The notes beneath the pieces are model-generated. The model worked only from the letters and a program-made list of their open reading frames with translations, ran no database searches and was not told where the DNA came from. This document shows, one piece after another, positions 18,359 through 31,548 of a DNA stretch of 61,720 nt. Numbering within the stretch: the stretch's first letter is position 1; every line of letters starts with the position of its first letter. Both the position numbers and the translations under genes were made by a program. The DNA comes from an uncultured Lactobacillaceae bacterium (GTDB lineage Bacteria; Bacillota; Bacilli; Lactobacillales; Lactobacillaceae): contig CAWUZD010000030.1 of NCBI GenBank assembly GCA_963926925.1, forward strand, positions 1 to 61,720. The letters run 5' to 3'.

Positions 18359-21205
18359 CTATAAGTATTCCCGACTACGTTTGGTATCACGTTCCAAGAT
18401 GGGTGCAAGGTATTTGCCAGTATAACTATTAGTTACTTTAGCAATTTCTTCAGGCGTACCAGTAGCAACGACACTCCCGCCTTGCGCACCACCTTCTGGG
18501 CCAAGATCAATAAGATAATCGGCTGTTTTAATCACATCAAGATTATGTTCAATCACTAGCACGGTATTGCCAGCATCAACTAACCGTGATAACACTTGTA
18601 ACAACCGCTTAATGTCATCCATATGCAAACCAGTCGTTGGTTCATCAAGAATATAGAAGTTATGACCGCGGGATTGCTTTTGTAATTCAGCGGCCAACTT
18701 CATCCGTTGTGCTTCACCACCAGATAATGTCGTTGCTGATTGACCTAATTGCACATAACCTAAACCAACATCAATAATCGTTTGCAACTTATGTTCAATC
18801 CGCGGAATATTTTTGAAAAATTCATGGGCTTCATTGACCGTCATTCGTAAAACTTCCGCAATATTCTTATCTTTGTAATGGACCTCTAAGGTTTCGGAGT
18901 TATAACGATTACCATGACAAACATCACATGGCACGTAAACATCAGGCAAGAAGTTCATTTCAATCTTAACAATCCCATCGCCCTTGCAGGCTTCACAACG
19001 ACCGCCCTTAACATTAAAGCTAAAACGACCTTTGGTATAACCGCGCATCTTGGCTTCATTCGTTTGGGCAAATAAATCACGAATATCATCAAAAACACCC
19101 GTATAAGTAGCCGGATTAGAACGTGGCGTGCGACCAATCGGACTTTGGTTAATATCAATCACATGATCAATATTCTCCCAACCAGTTAAATCTTGATACT
19201 TTCCAGGTCGTTCACTGCTATTTAATATTTTCTGAGCTAACGCACGTTTCAAGATATCATTAACTAATGTTGATTTACCGCTTCCTGAAACACCAGTGAC
19301 AACGACCATTTCACCTAACGGAATATCAACATTAATGTGCTTTAAATTATGCTCAGCAGCCCCTTTTAAGTGTAAAAACTTACCATTACCCTGCCGCCGT
19401 TGTAGTGGTACAGGAATAAATTTTTTACCGGCTAAATATTGACCAGTTAATGAATGCGGATTACGCATTACTTCTTGAGGGGTACCCGCAGCCATTACTT
19501 GACCACCTAATTCACCAGCACCTGGACCAATATCAATTAAATAATCAGCCTGGCGCATTGTATCCTCATCATGTTCAACTACAATCAAAGTATTACCCAA
19601 ATCACGCATTTGTTGTAACGAATGCAATAACCGGTCATTATCACGTTGGTGTAAACCAATTGACGGTTCATCTAATACATACAACACACCTGATAAGTTA
19701 GCCCCAATTTGGGTAGCTAACCGAATACGTTGGGCTTCGCCACCAGATAATGTGCCTGCTGAACGACTTAACGTTAAGTAATCAAGGCCAACATTAATCA
19801 AAAACTGCAAACGATCACAAACTTCCTTAATAATTGGTTTGGCAATCACTGCTTTTTGACCAGTAAAATGTAAATTCTTAAAGAAAGTAAGTGCATCTTT
19901 AATGGCATAATCAGAAACAGTTGCAATATCTTGACCCGCAATTTTAACTGCTAACGCCTTAATGTTTAACCGTTTGCCATGACAAACTGGGCATGGTAAT
20001 TCTGTCATGTAACGGCGCATCTTTGTTCTTCCTAAAACTGTCCGCGCCATATGATAACGCCGTTTCACATTAGGAATCACGCCTTCAAACGGTTCATCCG
20101 TATCACGCAAGCCAAATTCACTATTAAAATGAAAATGAAAGGTTTGTGTACCGGAACCATATAAAATTAATTGCTGTTGTTCACTTGTTAAATCCTTAAA
20201 TGGTTGATCAACATCAATCTTAAAAGCTTGCGCAGCTTGCATCAGCATCGTTGGATAATATTCTGAAGTCGTTGAATTCCATGGATCAATGGCACCTTGG
20301 CGTAAACTCTTCGTCGGATCAGGAATAACGAGTGATTCATCAACCGCTAACTTTACACCAAGCCCATCACATTCAGGGCAAGCTCCAAATGGCGCATTAA
20401 ATGAAAATAACCGTGGTTCTAATTCACCAATTGTGAAGCCGCACAAGGGGCAAGCATAATGTTCTGAAAATAATAGTGGTTCGCCACCAATCACATCAAC
20501 ACTTGCATAACCATCTGTTAATCGTAAGGCTGTTTCTAAGGAATCAAATAACCGTGAACGGATACTATCCTTCACAATTAAACGGTCAACAACAATCGCA
20601 ACATCATGCTTCTTATTTTTATTAAGATTAATTTCATCATCAACGTTATAAGTTGTGCCATCAATTTGAACACGGACATAACCTTCACGTTTAGCTTTGG
20701 CAATGACTTGCTTATGTTGTCCCTTCTTGCCACGGACTACTGGGGCTAAAATCTGAATCTTCGTCCGTTCGGGTAAATTCATTACCTGATCAGCCATTTG
20801 ATCAACTGATTGACTAGTAATGGGTGTCCCATCATTCGGACAAATTGGTGTGCCAACCCGGGCCCATAACAACCGTAAGTAATCATTAATTTCGGTTACC
20901 GTGCCCACTGTTGACCGGGGATTATGCGAAGTTGTCTTTTGATCAATTGAAATTGCTGGACTTAGACCATCAATTGAATCAACATCTGGTTTATCCATTT
21001 GTCCTAAAAATTGCCGCGCATAAGCGGATAAGCTTTCCACATAACGCCGTTGTCCTTCAGCATAAATCGTGTCAAAAGCTAATGAACTTTTACCGGAACC
21101 AGACAAACCAGTAATGACAACTAGTTTGTGCTTCGGAATAGTTACATCAATGTTTTTTAAATTATGGGTTCGTGCACCATGAATAACAATTTGATCATTT
21201 TTCAT
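18359..21205 (-). CDS. uvrA: Excinuclease ABC subunit UvrA
   Basis: 948 aa with two ABC ATPase modules ([18 protein letters not shown]) and zinc-finger Cys clusters. Confidence 0.97.
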   Translation of the reverse strand: MKNDQIVIHGARTHNLKNIDVTIPKHKLVVITGLSGSGKSSLAFDTIYAEGQRRYVESLSAYARQFLGQMDKPDVDSIDGLSPAISIDQKTTSHNPRSTVGTVTEINDYLRLLWARVGTPICPNDGTPITSQSVDQMADQVMNLPERTKIQILAPVVRGKKGQHKQVIAKAKREGYVRVQIDGTTYNVDDEINLNKNKKHDVAIVVDRLIVKDSIRSRLFDSLETALRLTDGYASVDVIGGEPLLFSEHYACPLCGFTIGELEPRLFSFNAPFGACPECDGLGVKLAVDESLVIPDPTKSLRQGAIDPWNSTTSEYYPTMLMQAAQAFKIDVDQPFKDLTSEQQQLILYGSGTQTFHFHFNSEFGLRDTDEPFEGVIPNVKRRYHMARTVLGRTKMRRYMTELPCPVCHGKRLNIKALAVKIAGQDIATVSDYAIKDALTFFKNLHFTGQKAVIAKPIIKEVCDRLQFLINVGLDYLTLSRSAGTLSGGEAQRIRLATQIGANLSGVLYVLDEPSIGLHQRDNDRLLHSLQQMRDLGNTLIVVEHDEDTMRQADYLIDIGPGAGELGGQVMAAGTPQEVMRNPHSLTGQYLAGKKFIPVPLQRRQGNGKFLHLKGAAEHNLKHINVDIPLGEMVVVTGVSGSGKSTLVNDILKRALAQKILNSSERPGKYQDLTGWENIDHVIDINQSPIGRTPRSNPATYTGVFDDIRDLFAQTNEAKMRGYTKGRFSFNVKGGRCEACKGDGIVKIEMNFLPDVYVPCDVCHGNRYNSETLEVHYKDKNIAEVLRMTVNEAHEFFKNIPRIEHKLQTIIDVGLGYVQLGQSATTLSGGEAQRMKLAAELQKQSRGHNFYILDEPTTGLHMDDIKRLLQVLSRLVDAGNTVLVIEHNLDVIKTADYLIDLGPEGGAQGGSVVATGTPEEIAKVTNSYTGKYLAPILERDTKRSREYL

Positions 21206-21223
21206 AATTACTCACTAACCTCG

Positions 21224-23224
21224 TTATTTATCAGCTTTTAATTCAAGAATTGTATCACGCAACGTTGCTGCATGTTCAAAATCAAGCTTTTTAGCAGCAG
21301 CTTTCATTTCTTCAGTCAACCGGGCAATTAAATCTTGCCGTTCTTGCTTGCTTAAGTGCTTGTAATCAATTTCATCAAGATGCTTTTGCTCTGGAGTTTC
21401 GGTATTTTCCTTTTGAAAAGCACTAATATTATCACGAATTGGTTTGATAATTGTTTTCGGAACAATGTGGTGCTTCTTATTGTAAGCCTCTTGAATCATC
21501 CGACGCCGCTTAGTTTCTTTAATAGCAGCCCGCATCGAATCTGTCATCTTATCAGCATACATAATGACCTCACCATGGGCATTCCGCGAAGCCCGGCCAA
21601 TTGTTTGAATTAATGAACGTTCTGCCCGTAAAAAGCCTTCCTTATCAGCATCCAAAATCGCAATTAATGAAACTTCAGGTACATCAATACCTTCACGTAA
21701 TAAATTAATCCCAACTAAGACATCAAACTTACCAACCCGTAAGTCATGAATAATCTTCGTCCGTTCAAGGGTTTTAATATCACTATGCAAGTAACGAACT
21801 TTAATACCTAATTCCTTAAGATATTCTGTTAAATCTTCGGCCATTTTCTTAGTTAAGGTCGTTACGAAGACCCGTTCATGGCGTTTAATCCGTTTGTTAA
21901 TTTCACCAACCAAATCATCCATTTGTCCCATACTTGGCCGCACTTCAATTTTAGGATCTAATAATCCGGTTGGCCGAATGATTTGTTCAGCAATATCATC
22001 CTTGGGTACCCGGTCTAATTCATAGGGACCAGGGGTTGCAGAAACATAAAGAATCTGGTTAACATGTTGTTCAAATTCATCAATTTTTAAAGGACGATTA
22101 TCTAAAGCACTTGGCAAACGAAAACCATAATCAATTAACATTTGTTTACGCGCCGTATCACCGTTATACATCCCCCGAATTTGTGGCATGGTAACATGTG
22201 ATTCATCAACCATGATAATGGTATCTTTAGGGAAGAAATCAAGCAAAGTATGTGGTGGTTCGCCTGGTGCCCGACCATCCAAATGGCGTGAATAGTTTTC
22301 AATACCAGAGGTATAGCCCATTTCACGCATCATTTCAATATCATAGTTAGTCCGTTGTTCCAAGCGTTGGGCTTCCACTAATTTATTTTGTGCACGGAGT
22401 TCTTTGAGGCGTTCATCTAATTCCTGCTTAATACTCCGTAAAGCACGTTCCATTTGGTGTTCACCCACCATAAAGTGTGTAGCTGGAAAAATCGTTACTT
22501 GTTGACGCTTACCAATCACTTCACCCGTTAATGAATCAATTTCACTAATTTGGTCAATTTCATCGCCAAAAAACTCAACGCGAATCGCATGTTCATCTTG
22601 TGAAGCTGGAAAAATTTCAACCACATCACCACGTACCCGGAAATGACCACGTTGAAAATCAAAATCATTCCGGTCAAACTGAATATCAACTAACCGCCGT
22701 AACAATTCATCACGATCCATTTCTTGACCGACATGAAGTGCAATCGTGTGTTTACGATATTGTTCTGGATCACCCAAGCCATAAATACTGGAAACAGAAG
22801 CTACTACAATGACATCCCGCCGTTCTAACAAAGCACTAGTAGCACCATGCCGTAACTTATCAATTTCATCATTAATACTTGAGTCCTTCTCAATATAAGT
22901 ATCACTTGAAGGCACATAGGCTTCTGGTTGGAAGTAATCATAATAACTTACAAAGTATTCAACCGCATTATGAGGAAAGAATTCTTTAAATTCACTATAT
23001 AGTTGCCCAGCAAGCGTTTTGTTATGTGACAAAATTAACGTTGGCCGGTTTAAATTAGCAATAATATTCGCCATGGTAAAAGTTTTACCAGTTCCCGTTG
23101 CGCCTAATAAAATTTGTTCCTTCTTGCCGGCCTTAAAACCAGCGGTTAATTTTTTAATTGCTTGTGGTTGATCACCAGCCGGTTTATAAGGGGCAACTAA
23201 TTCAAATTTTGATGGATTTGTCAT
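21224..23224 (-). CDS. uvrB: Excinuclease ABC subunit UvrB
   Basis: 666 aa with the helicase motifs GATGTGKT and DESH, and a C-terminal UVR domain. Confidence 0.97.
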   Translation of the reverse strand: MTNPSKFELVAPYKPAGDQPQAIKKLTAGFKAGKKEQILLGATGTGKTFTMANIIANLNRPTLILSHNKTLAGQLYSEFKEFFPHNAVEYFVSYYDYFQPEAYVPSSDTYIEKDSSINDEIDKLRHGATSALLERRDVIVVASVSSIYGLGDPEQYRKHTIALHVGQEMDRDELLRRLVDIQFDRNDFDFQRGHFRVRGDVVEIFPASQDEHAIRVEFFGDEIDQISEIDSLTGEVIGKRQQVTIFPATHFMVGEHQMERALRSIKQELDERLKELRAQNKLVEAQRLEQRTNYDIEMMREMGYTSGIENYSRHLDGRAPGEPPHTLLDFFPKDTIIMVDESHVTMPQIRGMYNGDTARKQMLIDYGFRLPSALDNRPLKIDEFEQHVNQILYVSATPGPYELDRVPKDDIAEQIIRPTGLLDPKIEVRPSMGQMDDLVGEINKRIKRHERVFVTTLTKKMAEDLTEYLKELGIKVRYLHSDIKTLERTKIIHDLRVGKFDVLVGINLLREGIDVPEVSLIAILDADKEGFLRAERSLIQTIGRASRNAHGEVIMYADKMTDSMRAAIKETKRRRMIQEAYNKKHHIVPKTIIKPIRDNISAFQKENTETPEQKHLDEIDYKHLSKQERQDLIARLTEEMKAAAKKLDFEHAATLRDTILELKADK

Positions 23225-23257
23225 TTTTACTCCTTAAAAAATTTACGACTATATGCG

Positions 23258-23284
23258 AAAAGAGTTTGCATGGCAAACTCTTTT
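23258..23284 (-). terminator. Hairpin downstream of the phosphoglucomutase gene
   Basis: AAAAGAGTTTGC-atg-GCAAACTCTTTT is a perfect 12-bp inverted repeat whose A/T flanks form part of the stem. Confidence 0.5.
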
Positions 23285-23320
23285 CTACTTCAAATATCTA
23301 ATTACAATTACATTACTTAA

Positions 23321-25057
23321 TTATTGAGCATCTTCAATAAAAGTATGCAAGTCATTTTCAAATGCTGTCAACTTATCTTGAGCGGCTTGAGCAGTTGGTG
23401 CACTGGTACCAACATAGAACTTAACTTTTGGTTCAGTACCAGATGGCCGAATCGCAATCCAGGTTTCATTTTCTAATTGGTACTTCAAAACGTTAGATTC
23501 TGGTAAATCAACATCAACACTGTGACCATCTTCAAGATAAGTAATCGTTTGGGCTTGTAAGTCCATTACTGACATTACTTTATAACCAGCAAATGATTCA
23601 GGGTTAGCTTCCCGGAAGTGTGTCATTAACCGGTTCATCTTATCAGCACCATCTAAACCATCAAATTCAATGGCAGTTGTCTTTTCAGCAAAGTAACCAT
23701 ACTTAGCATATAAGGCTTGAATGCCATCATATAATGTCTTGCCTTGCCGTTTGTAATAAGCCGCAACTTCAGCCAAAAGTACCATTGATTGAATAGCATC
23801 CTTATCACGAACAAATGGTTTAATTAAGTAACCATAACTTTCTTCAAAACCAAATAAGAAAGTATGATCACCTGTTGCTTCAAAGTTCTTAATTTGTTCA
23901 GCAATAAACTTAAAACCAGTTTCAACATTAATCATCGTAATATGATAATCATCAGCAATCTTAGTTGCTAATTCAGTAGAAACGATTGATTTTACAACTG
24001 CACCATTAGCTGACAAAGTATGCGCATGTTGCCGTGCTGCTAAAATGTAGTTTAATAACAAAGCGGCAATTTGGTTACCAGTTAATAATTGGTATTCACC
24101 ATTTGGTTGGCGAACAGCGGCACCTAACCGGTCAGCATCAGGGTCAGTAGCAACTAATAAATCAGCACCTTCCTTTTTACCTAAGGCAATTGCCATATCA
24201 AATGCTTGTGGAAATTCAGGATTAGGAAATGGCACGGTCGCAAATTCAGGATCAGCAATGGCTTGTTCAGGAACCATTGTGAAGTCTTCAAAACCAGCAT
24301 TCCGTAAAGCCCGTTCACCTAAAACTTTACCAGTACCATGTAATGGTGTGTAGATTAATTTCATATTTTTACCAACAGTATCAACTAATTCTTGATCAAT
24401 TGTTACTGTCTTAACAGCTTGCAAATAAGCTTGGTCAACATTTTCACCAATCATGGTCATGACATGTTGTTCACGGAGTGTTTGTTCATCAGCAACTTTA
24501 ATTGCAAATAAATCAGTAACACTACGGACATACTTAGTAATCATGTCAGATTCCTTTGGTGGCATTTGACCACCATCAGGACCATAAATCTTATAACCAT
24601 TGTATTGCTTAGGATTATGACTTGCCGTAATCATAATACCAGCATAAGTATGTAAGTGCCGTACTGTGAATGATAATTCAGGAGTTGGCCGCATATCATC
24701 AAAAATATAAGTTGGAATATTATGAAAACCTAATACACGGGCAGCTTCATGAGCAAATTCTTTAGAATGATAACGTGAGTCAAAACTAATTGCGACGCCA
24801 CGTTTCTTTGTATCAGCATCTAAAGTATCCATAAACCGTGCTAATCCTTCAGTAGCTTGCCGCACAGTATAGATATTCATGTTATTAATACCAGGACCCA
24901 TTGTGCCACGCATTCCGGCAGTTCCAAAGGCCATTGGTTTACTAAAACTTTCTGCTAATTTAGTTTGGTCATTGCTCATTTGAGCTAATTCATGTTTTAA
25001 ATTAATATCTAAATCTGGTTGTTTTAACCAATTTTGATAATTTTCTTGCCAAGTCAA
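23321..25057 (-). CDS. pgcA: Alpha-phosphoglucomutase (PgcA-like phosphohexomutase)
   Basis: 578 aa with the active-site loop TASHNP and a metal-binding DPDADR motif. It uses a TTG start behind AGGAGG. Confidence 0.85.
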   Translation of the reverse strand: MTWQENYQNWLKQPDLDINLKHELAQMSNDQTKLAESFSKPMAFGTAGMRGTMGPGINNMNIYTVRQATEGLARFMDTLDADTKKRGVAISFDSRYHSKEFAHEAARVLGFHNIPTYIFDDMRPTPELSFTVRHLHTYAGIMITASHNPKQYNGYKIYGPDGGQMPPKESDMITKYVRSVTDLFAIKVADEQTLREQHVMTMIGENVDQAYLQAVKTVTIDQELVDTVGKNMKLIYTPLHGTGKVLGERALRNAGFEDFTMVPEQAIADPEFATVPFPNPEFPQAFDMAIALGKKEGADLLVATDPDADRLGAAVRQPNGEYQLLTGNQIAALLLNYILAARQHAHTLSANGAVVKSIVSTELATKIADDYHITMINVETGFKFIAEQIKNFEATGDHTFLFGFEESYGYLIKPFVRDKDAIQSMVLLAEVAAYYKRQGKTLYDGIQALYAKYGYFAEKTTAIEFDGLDGADKMNRLMTHFREANPESFAGYKVMSVMDLQAQTITYLEDGHSVDVDLPESNVLKYQLENETWIAIRPSGTEPKVKFYVGTSAPTAQAAQDKLTAFENDLHTFIEDAQ

Positions 25058-25095
25058 AAGTTTTTCCTCCTCATGAAAAAACTATTACAATTGCT

Positions 25096-25125
25096 ATTAT
25101 ACTAATAATTAGTTTTTTTATACAA
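25096..25125 (-). promoter_or_regulatory. Candidate sigma-A promoter of the phosphoglucomutase gene
   Basis: On the minus strand, TTGTAT (25125..25120), an 18-nt spacer, then TATAAT (25101..25096), about 40 nt upstream of the TTG start. Confidence 0.45.
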
Positions 25126-25127
25126 CT

Positions 25128-25152
25128 AAAAAAGAACTGGTAAAACCAGTCC
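25128..25152 (-). terminator. trxB terminator
   Basis: On the minus strand, GGACTGGT-ttt-ACCAGTTC (one G-U pair) is followed by T6. Confidence 0.7.
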
Positions 25153-25160
25153 TTCCCTTA

Positions 25161-26087
25161 TTAATCATTTAAACTTTGAATATAATTAAAGGCTTCTTGA
25201 CCCGCAATACTACCATCACCAACTGCTGTAGCAATTTGGCGAATACTGCTAGCACGAATATCACCAATCGCAAAGATACCAGGATGACTAGTAGCCATTC
25301 GTTCATTAGTAATTACCCAGCCCTTTTCATCACAAATATCTAGGTCTTGAAAGGCTTCATTCATTGGTTGTAAACCAACATAGATAAAGGTGCCATTGGC
25401 TGGTAACGTATGTTGTTCATCAGTAACTTTATCACGATAATGCACACCAGTTACGCCCTGATCATCGCCTTCAATACTTTCGACTTGAGCATTCCAAATA
25501 AACCGCATTTTATCATTAGCGAAGGCGCGTTTTTGTAAAATCTTCTGGGCTCGTAATTGGTCACGCCGGTGAATTACAATGACTTCTTTAGCTAAGTTAG
25601 CCAAGTATAAACCTTCTTCAACGGCAGAGTCACCGCCACCAATCACCGCTACCGTTTGGTTTTTAAAGAAGGCACCATCGCAAACGGCACAATAAGATAC
25701 ACCACGACCATTATATTTTTCTTCACCAGGCACATTTAACTTACGGTGTTCTGAACCAGTCGCAATAATCACAACCTTGGCATCATATTCACCATCATCA
25801 GTAACAACATGCTTTAAAGTACCATTATCAATAATTTTTTCAGTATTACCATATTTAAAATCAGCGCCAAAACGCATTGCACTATCATACATCTTCTGTC
25901 CCAAATCAGGACCAAGAATAGATGAAAAACCAGTGTAGTTTTCAACTTCAGCGGTATTATTCATTTGCCCACCATAGATACCACGGTCCAACATTAATAC
26001 TGATAAATTAGCCCGGGATGCATATAAAGTAGCTGTCATCCCCCCAGGACCAGCACCAATGACAATTACATCATATTCCTTACTCAT
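25161..26087 (-). CDS. trxB: Thioredoxin-disulfide reductase
   Basis: Has the FAD motif GAGPGG, the redox-active CAVCDG and an NADPH GGGDSA motif. The likely start is ATG 26087 (MSKEYD) behind GAGGAG, overlapping the lgt stop. Confidence 0.92.
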   Translation of the reverse strand: MSKEYDVIVIGAGPGGMTATLYASRANLSVLMLDRGIYGGQMNNTAEVENYTGFSSILGPDLGQKMYDSAMRFGADFKYGNTEKIIDNGTLKHVVTDDGEYDAKVVIIATGSEHRKLNVPGEEKYNGRGVSYCAVCDGAFFKNQTVAVIGGGDSAVEEGLYLANLAKEVIVIHRRDQLRAQKILQKRAFANDKMRFIWNAQVESIEGDDQGVTGVHYRDKVTDEQHTLPANGTFIYVGLQPMNEAFQDLDICDEKGWVITNERMATSHPGIFAIGDIRASSIRQIATAVGDGSIAGQEAFNYIQSLND

Positions 26088-26919
26088 TGTTATCACTCCT
26101 CATCACAGGATTACCATCTAGGTACCATTGTAAATTATTTTGCCGCCGTCTTATTACCAAAATGATTATTGCACCAACAAAGAAAACGACACTTAAAATT
26201 TGCGAAACACGTAAGAAATTACCAATCATTAATGAATCGGTCCGCATGCCTTCAATAAAGAACCGCGCAAATGAATACCACATCACGTAACTTAAGAAGA
26301 TTTCACCTTGCTTAAACCAATGCGGATTATGGCGAATTGTCATAATTAAAACAAAGCCAATTACATTCCAAATTGATTCATATAAGAATGTTGGTTGCCG
26401 GTAAGCACCATTAATAAACATTTGGGCAATCACAACATGTGGTAAGTGAAAACTGTGTAAATAAGCATAAGTAGTAATAGTTCCATAAGCTTCCTGGTTC
26501 ATAAAATTACCCCAACGACCAATTGCTTGGGCGATTACAACGGCCGGTGCGGCAATATCTAAAATCAACCAAATTGGTAAGTGATGATAATGACAGTAAA
26601 CAATAAAAACGATTGCCGCTGCAATTAATCCACCATAAATCGCAATCCCCCCATGCCAAATTTGAATAATTTGGTCAGGATGAGCTGCGTAATATGGCCA
26701 TTGAAAGACTACATAATAAAGACGTGCTCCAATTAATGAAAATGGCAATGCCCATAAAATTAAATCTAAAATTGTATCTTCAGAAATATTACGGCGTTGT
26801 GCTTCTTTAACTGCTAAATATGTTGCTAATAATACACCACATGCAATAATGATGCCATACCAATGAATTTCAAGCCCACCAAATTGCCAAGCGATGGGAT
26901 TAAGAACGCCTAATAGCAA
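26080..26919 (-). CDS. lgt: Prolipoprotein diacylglyceryl transferase
   Basis: 279 aa polytopic protein with [14 protein letters not shown], the Lgt signature. Confidence 0.92.
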   Translation of the reverse strand: MLLGVLNPIAWQFGGLEIHWYGIIIACGVLLATYLAVKEAQRRNISEDTILDLILWALPFSLIGARLYYVVFQWPYYAAHPDQIIQIWHGGIAIYGGLIAAAIVFIVYCHYHHLPIWLILDIAAPAVVIAQAIGRWGNFMNQEAYGTITTYAYLHSFHLPHVVIAQMFINGAYRQPTFLYESIWNVIGFVLIMTIRHNPHWFKQGEIFLSYVMWYSFARFFIEGMRTDSLMIGNFLRVSQILSVVFFVGAIIILVIRRRQNNLQWYLDGNPVMRSDNNE

Positions 26920-26933
26920 GATTAAGATCTCCT

Positions 26934-27878
26934 TTAATCATCATTTTTTTCATTTTGCATAATTAATTTCGTTAGATTTTCTTCAAACTGCTTAGTTGCA
27001 TCAAAGCCCATCCGTTTGGCACGGAAGTTCATTGCTGCAACTTCGATGATAGTAGCTAAGTCACGGCCAACCTTAACTGGAATTGTAATTTTAGGTACTT
27101 CAACATCAAATAATTGTTGCGTTGCTTCATCAGTTCCTAACCGATCAAAAGTTTGTGCTGGTGACCAGTTAACTAAATGCACAATTAGTGAGATTTCTGA
27201 TTTTTCCCGGACAGCACCCGCACCAAATAAATTCATGACATCAATAATCCCAATCCCACGAATTTCTAATAAATGCTGCAAAATCATGGGGGCTTCACCA
27301 ACAAGGGTATTTTCATTTTGTTGATAAATATCAACCCGGTCATCCGCAATCAAACGGTGACCACGCTTAACTAATTCCAGGGCAGTTTCACTTTTACCAA
27401 TTCCAGAGTCACCAGTAATTAATACCCCTAAACCATAAATATCAACTAACACACCATGGAGTGACCGCCGTTGGGCTAGCCGACTTTCAAGATATTCAGT
27501 AAGCACACTGGCCAAACGCGTAGTCATTAATGGTGAACCTAATACCGGAATATTAGCCTTAGCAGCGGCTACAAACATTTCCTGCGGAATATCCAACTTA
27601 CGAGAAACCAATAAAGCTGGTGTATCAGCTTCACACATACGGTTAAGCACATTTTGCCGTTCTAAATGGCTCATTTTATTTTTTAAATAAGAAATTTCAG
27701 TTAATCCAAAGATTTGGATACGTTCATGTGGATAATAATCAAAATAACCAATTAACTCCAAGCCAGGCCGGGAAACATCACTAACAGTAATATAACGCTT
27801 ATCTAGTTGATCTTTACCAGCAAAAACTTGTAAATGCGTTGCTTTGACTAATTCACTAACGCTAACTTTTTTAACCAT
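26934..27878 (-). CDS. hprK: HPr kinase/phosphorylase
   Basis: 314 aa with the P-loop GDSGIGKSE and [11 protein letters not shown]. Confidence 0.95.
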   Translation of the reverse strand: MVKKVSVSELVKATHLQVFAGKDQLDKRYITVSDVSRPGLELIGYFDYYPHERIQIFGLTEISYLKNKMSHLERQNVLNRMCEADTPALLVSRKLDIPQEMFVAAAKANIPVLGSPLMTTRLASVLTEYLESRLAQRRSLHGVLVDIYGLGVLITGDSGIGKSETALELVKRGHRLIADDRVDIYQQNENTLVGEAPMILQHLLEIRGIGIIDVMNLFGAGAVREKSEISLIVHLVNWSPAQTFDRLGTDEATQQLFDVEVPKITIPVKVGRDLATIIEVAAMNFRAKRMGFDATKQFEENLTKLIMQNEKNDD

Positions 27879-27896
27879 TAGATTACTTCCTTATTT

Positions 27897-28262
27897 TTAA
27901 ATTCGATCAGTAAAGTGACCAATAATAACACTATTCGCAAATGATAATAAAATGGCAACTAACATTGTGGCCCCAAAATTACTAAATGTAAAACTGTGCG
28001 CACTAATAAAGGTATTCATAAAAAATGATGTTAACTCGAGCATCACCGCATTAATTACAATACCAAATAACCCTAACGTTAATAATGTAATTGGAAATGA
28101 TAAAAATGACAAAATCGGTTTAATTAACATATCAAATAATGCTAAAACAACACTCGCTCCTAACGCAATCCAAATACTAGAAATATAAAACATTGACGGT
28201 AATAAACCAGCAAGGGCTAAAAATAAAAACATATTAAGAAAAATTCGTCGCCAAAAATACAT
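27897..28262 (-). CDS. Phage-holin-superfamily-IV-like small membrane protein (YvlD/DUF360 type)
   Basis: 121 aa with four TM segments. Its position upstream of hprK matches B. subtilis yvlD. Confidence 0.6.
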   Translation of the reverse strand: MYFWRRIFLNMFLFLALAGLLPSMFYISSIWIALGASVVLALFDMLIKPILSFLSFPITLLTLGLFGIVINAVMLELTSFFMNTFISAHSFTFSNFGATMLVAILLSFANSVIIGHFTDRI

Positions 28263-28369
28263 TTTCTACCTCGTTCTATGCATAATAATATCTTTATTTA
28301 TTTTATAAAGAAAAAGCACCTTGGAATTTTTTAAACAAATTGTTTATAAAATTTTAAGGCGCTTTTTAA

Positions 28370-29047
28370 TTAAACTAAATATTCATCATGTGAACCTGAT
28401 TGTAATTCTAAAAGTTTACCCGTTCTTAAATAAACGATCCATTCGCAAATATTAGTAATATAATCACCAATTCGCTCTAAATAATTAGCTACTAGCGAAT
28501 AATCCATGGTGCCAATTACCGCTTGTTGATTATTTTGCATAACTGCAATACATTTTTTGTAAATCGTATGCACATGTTGATTAACTTGTGCATCGGTTTT
28601 AGCAATTTGCCGTGCTAATAATTCATTCTGCTGCAAGTATGCATCTAGTGAATCAGTCATCATTTTTTTGACAATTTGGGCGGTAGTTGCAATATCTTGT
28701 TCAATATCAGGAACCCGCTGCAAGCCCTTCACGTGAATCGTTATCCGGGCAATACTAGCAGCGTGATCACCAATTCGTTCTAGATTATTGCTAACCTTCA
28801 TAATCGTGATAATATCACGTAAATTAGAAGTTACTGGTTGTTGTAAAGCAATTAATTCCAAACTATGTTTTTCTAAATCAGTTTCTCGCTGGTTAATTTG
28901 TTCATCAGCAGTAATTACCTGTTTAGCCAAAATTTTATCATGGTTAATAAATGCCTCAACGGCCTTATTAATTGCTTCATTAACCATCATGCCCATTTCT
29001 GAGAAGTGAATATGCAAATCGTTTAACTCATTTACCAACTTGCGCAT
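28370..29047 (-). CDS. phoU: Phosphate signalling complex protein PhoU
   Basis: 225 aa with two PhoU repeats carrying ERIGDH/ERIGDY motifs. Confidence 0.92.
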   Translation of the reverse strand: MRKLVNELNDLHIHFSEMGMMVNEAINKAVEAFINHDKILAKQVITADEQINQRETDLEKHSLELIALQQPVTSNLRDIITIMKVSNNLERIGDHAASIARITIHVKGLQRVPDIEQDIATTAQIVKKMMTDSLDAYLQQNELLARQIAKTDAQVNQHVHTIYKKCIAVMQNNQQAVIGTMDYSLVANYLERIGDYITNICEWIVYLRTGKLLELQSGSHDEYLV

Positions 29048-29069
29048 TACATTTCCTCCTTAACCCCGA

Positions 29070-29831
29070 TTAACCAAAACGTCCTGATAAATAATCCTCA
29101 GTTGCTTGTTCACGTGGATTTAAGAACATTTGCTTGGTCTTATCACATTCAATCATATTTCCTTGCAAAAAGAAAGCCGTACGATCAGAAATCCGCGATG
29201 CTTGTTGCATATTATGTGTCACGATAATAATCGTATATTCGTTACGTAATTCTACTAGAATATCTTCAACTTTACCACTTGAAATTGGATCCAACGCACT
29301 CGTTGGTTCATCCATTAAAATTACTTCGGGCTTAACTGCTAATACCCGGGCAATACATACCCGTTGCTGTTGCCCACCAGAAAGAGCAAGTGCAGATTTA
29401 TATAATTTATCCTTCACATCATCCCAAACCGCCGCTTGTTTCAAACTGGTTTCGACAGCTTCATCTAGTACTTGCCGGTCACGGACACCAGCCAAGCGCA
29501 AACCATAAACAACATTATCATAAACTGAAAATGGAAATGGGTTGGGTTGTTGAAAGACCATGCCAACATCCTTCCGTAATTGGGTCACATCAACATTTGG
29601 TGCATAAATATCATGACCATCTTTCTTAATTGTACCGGTAATTTTAACATCAGGAATTAAATCATTCATCCGGTTTAAAGTACGCAAAAAAGTTGATTTA
29701 CCACAACCAGATGGGCCAATTAAAGCAGTAATTTCATTACGTGGAAAAGCTAAACTAATCCCATGTAAGGCTTCAAAATCACCATATGATAAATGAACAT
29801 CACTTGCTGTAATGATTGGTTGGTTTTCCAT
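29070..29831 (-). CDS. pstB: Phosphate ABC transporter ATP-binding protein PstB (copy 2)
   Basis: Walker [10 protein letters not shown] and the signature [15 protein letters not shown]. It has the PstB-typical length. Confidence 0.92.
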   Translation of the reverse strand: MENQPIITASDVHLSYGDFEALHGISLAFPRNEITALIGPSGCGKSTFLRTLNRMNDLIPDVKITGTIKKDGHDIYAPNVDVTQLRKDVGMVFQQPNPFPFSVYDNVVYGLRLAGVRDRQVLDEAVETSLKQAAVWDDVKDKLYKSALALSGGQQQRVCIARVLAVKPEVILMDEPTSALDPISSGKVEDILVELRNEYTIIIVTHNMQQASRISDRTAFFLQGNMIECDKTKQMFLNPREQATEDYLSGRFG

Positions 29832-29845
29832 ATAATAATCACTCC

Positions 29846-30652
29846 TTAACCAAAATGTCCAGAGACATAATCTTCAGTCAGTTGCACATGGGGATTAGTA
29901 AAAATACGTTTAGTTTCGTCAAATTCAATTGCATGACCTTGATTGAAAAAGGCAGTATAATCACTAACTCGACTAGCCTGCTGCATGTTATGTGTCACAA
30001 TAATAATCGTGTATTTATCTTTTAAAGATACCATTGTTTCTTCAACCTGGGTGGTTGAAATTGGATCTAACGCACTCGTTGGTTCATCCATCAACAAAAT
30101 ATCCGGTTGCATTGCGATTGCCCGGGCAATACATAACCGTTGTTGTTGTCCCCCAGATAAAGCCAAGGCACTTTGATATAAATCATCCTTAACCTGATCC
30201 CATAATGCCGCTTGGCGCAAGGTTTTTTCAACAATATGATCAAGATAAGCCTTGTCATGTTGACCATGTTGTTTTAAGGCAAAGGTAATATTATCATAAA
30301 TTGATTTGCTAAACGGATTAGGGCGTTGAAAAACCATGCCAATATGTCGCCGTAATTCATACACATCAACTTGATCAGAATTAACATCTAAATCACGATA
30401 AATAATCTTACCCGTTACACGGGCGCCACTAACGGTATCATTCATGCGGTTTAACGAGCGTAAATATGTTGATTTACCTGAACCAGAAGGCCCAATTAAC
30501 GCTGAAATATGATAACGCGGAAACTTAATCGAAACGTCATGTAAGGCTTCCTTATCACCATAAAACACCCGTAAATGTTCAGTGGCTAAGGCAATTTCGT
30601 AATTAGTTTGTGATAAGTCATTAATATATGTTTGTGGTTGTTCTTTTTCCAT
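29846..30652 (-). CDS. pstB: Phosphate ABC transporter ATP-binding protein PstB (copy 1)
   Basis: Walker [10 protein letters not shown] and [15 protein letters not shown]. The start is either ATG 30652 (GAGGA SD) or ATG 30664 (TAATG overlap with pstA). Confidence 0.9.
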   Translation of the reverse strand: MEKEQPQTYINDLSQTNYEIALATEHLRVFYGDKEALHDVSIKFPRYHISALIGPSGSGKSTYLRSLNRMNDTVSGARVTGKIIYRDLDVNSDQVDVYELRRHIGMVFQRPNPFSKSIYDNITFALKQHGQHDKAYLDHIVEKTLRQAALWDQVKDDLYQSALALSGGQQQRLCIARAIAMQPDILLMDEPTSALDPISTTQVEETMVSLKDKYTIIIVTHNMQQASRVSDYTAFFNQGHAIEFDETKRIFTNPHVQLTEDYVSGHFG

Positions 30653-30663
30653 AATAATCCTCA

Positions 30664-31548
30664 TTACTTCGCTGTCATTTTACGATAAATCCGGTTGCCA
30701 ATCCAATGCGCTAATAAGTTAAAAATCAACACGGCTAAAATTAACACGGCTGATGAACCAGCTGATACAGCTTCAGCATCTGGCATAATTCCTTCAGCAT
30801 TAATCTTCCAAATATGGACGGCCAAAGTTTCTGCAGGCCGCATTGGATTAAGAGGACTAGTAATTTTGAATGGATTCCAATTAGTAAAGTCTAATGGTGG
30901 TGCTGATTGTCCAGCAGTAAAAATTAACGCCGCAGCTTCACCAAAGACACGGCCCGCACATAGAATAATCCCTGTTAAAATGCCTGGTAAGGCTGCCGGA
31001 ATAATAACATGAATAATTGTTTCCCACCGTGATAAGCCTAAGGCTAAGCCCGCTTCACGTTGCGAAGCTGATACACTGCTTAGTGCATCTTCAATATTAC
31101 GTGTTAATAATGGCAAGTTAAAAATTGTTAAGGCTAATGCACCGGAAAGAATTGAAAAACCAATATGGCATTGCACAACGAAAACTAAGAAACCAAATAA
31201 ACCCACCACAATTGATGGTAATGAGCTTAAAATTTCAATCGTTGTCCGAATCACACTCGTAATCCAATTGTGAGGAGCATATTCAGATAACCAAATTCCG
31301 GCACCAAGTGCTAAAGGAATTGAGATAATCATTGATAATACTAACAAGTAAAATGAATTAAACAATTGGGCACTAATCCCACCGCCGCTTTGAAATGCCT
31401 TTGAAGGACTAGTTAAAAAGTGCCAACTAACATGTGGTAAGCCTTGTACCAAAATATAAATTAATAACGTGGCCAAAATCATAATAATGATTCCAGCAAT
31501 CGCATATAAAGTTGCAATCGCAATTTTATCCCATCGTTTTGCATTCAT
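30664..31548 (-). CDS. pstA: Phosphate ABC transporter permease PstA
   Basis: 294 aa with six TM segments and the EAA loop REAGLALGLSRWETI. It has a TAATG overlap with pstC. Confidence 0.9.
   Translation of the reverse strand: MNAKRWDKIAIATLYAIAGIIIMILATLLIYILVQGLPHVSWHFLTSPSKAFQSGGGISAQLFNSFYLLVLSMIISIPLALGAGIWLSEYAPHNWITSVIRTTIEILSSLPSIVVGLFGFLVFVVQCHIGFSILSGALALTIFNLPLLTRNIEDALSSVSASQREAGLALGLSRWETIIHVIIPAALPGILTGIILCAGRVFGEAAALIFTAGQSAPPLDFTNWNPFKITSPLNPMRPAETLAVHIWKINAEGIMPDAEAVSAGSSAVLILAVLIFNLLAHWIGNRIYRKMTAK

Noticed and set aside
23225-23320. I looked for LexA (Cheo) boxes, CGAAC-N4-GTTCG, upstream of uvrB, and likewise upstream of uvrA and recA (47718-47791).
   Set aside because: The best candidate, TTCGCATATAGTCG upstream of uvrB, matches only about 8 of 14 positions and lacks the GAAC/GTTC arms. 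Nothing similar lies upstream of recA. I cannot support an SOS box without a matrix scan.
28263-28369. A possible phoU terminator, an imperfect long-loop hairpin AGCACCTT...AAGGCGCT with an inner AAACAA/TTGTTT stem.
   Set aside because: The stem has a mismatch and a loop of about 35 nt, so the thermodynamic plausibility is uncertain without folding. I did not list it as a feature.
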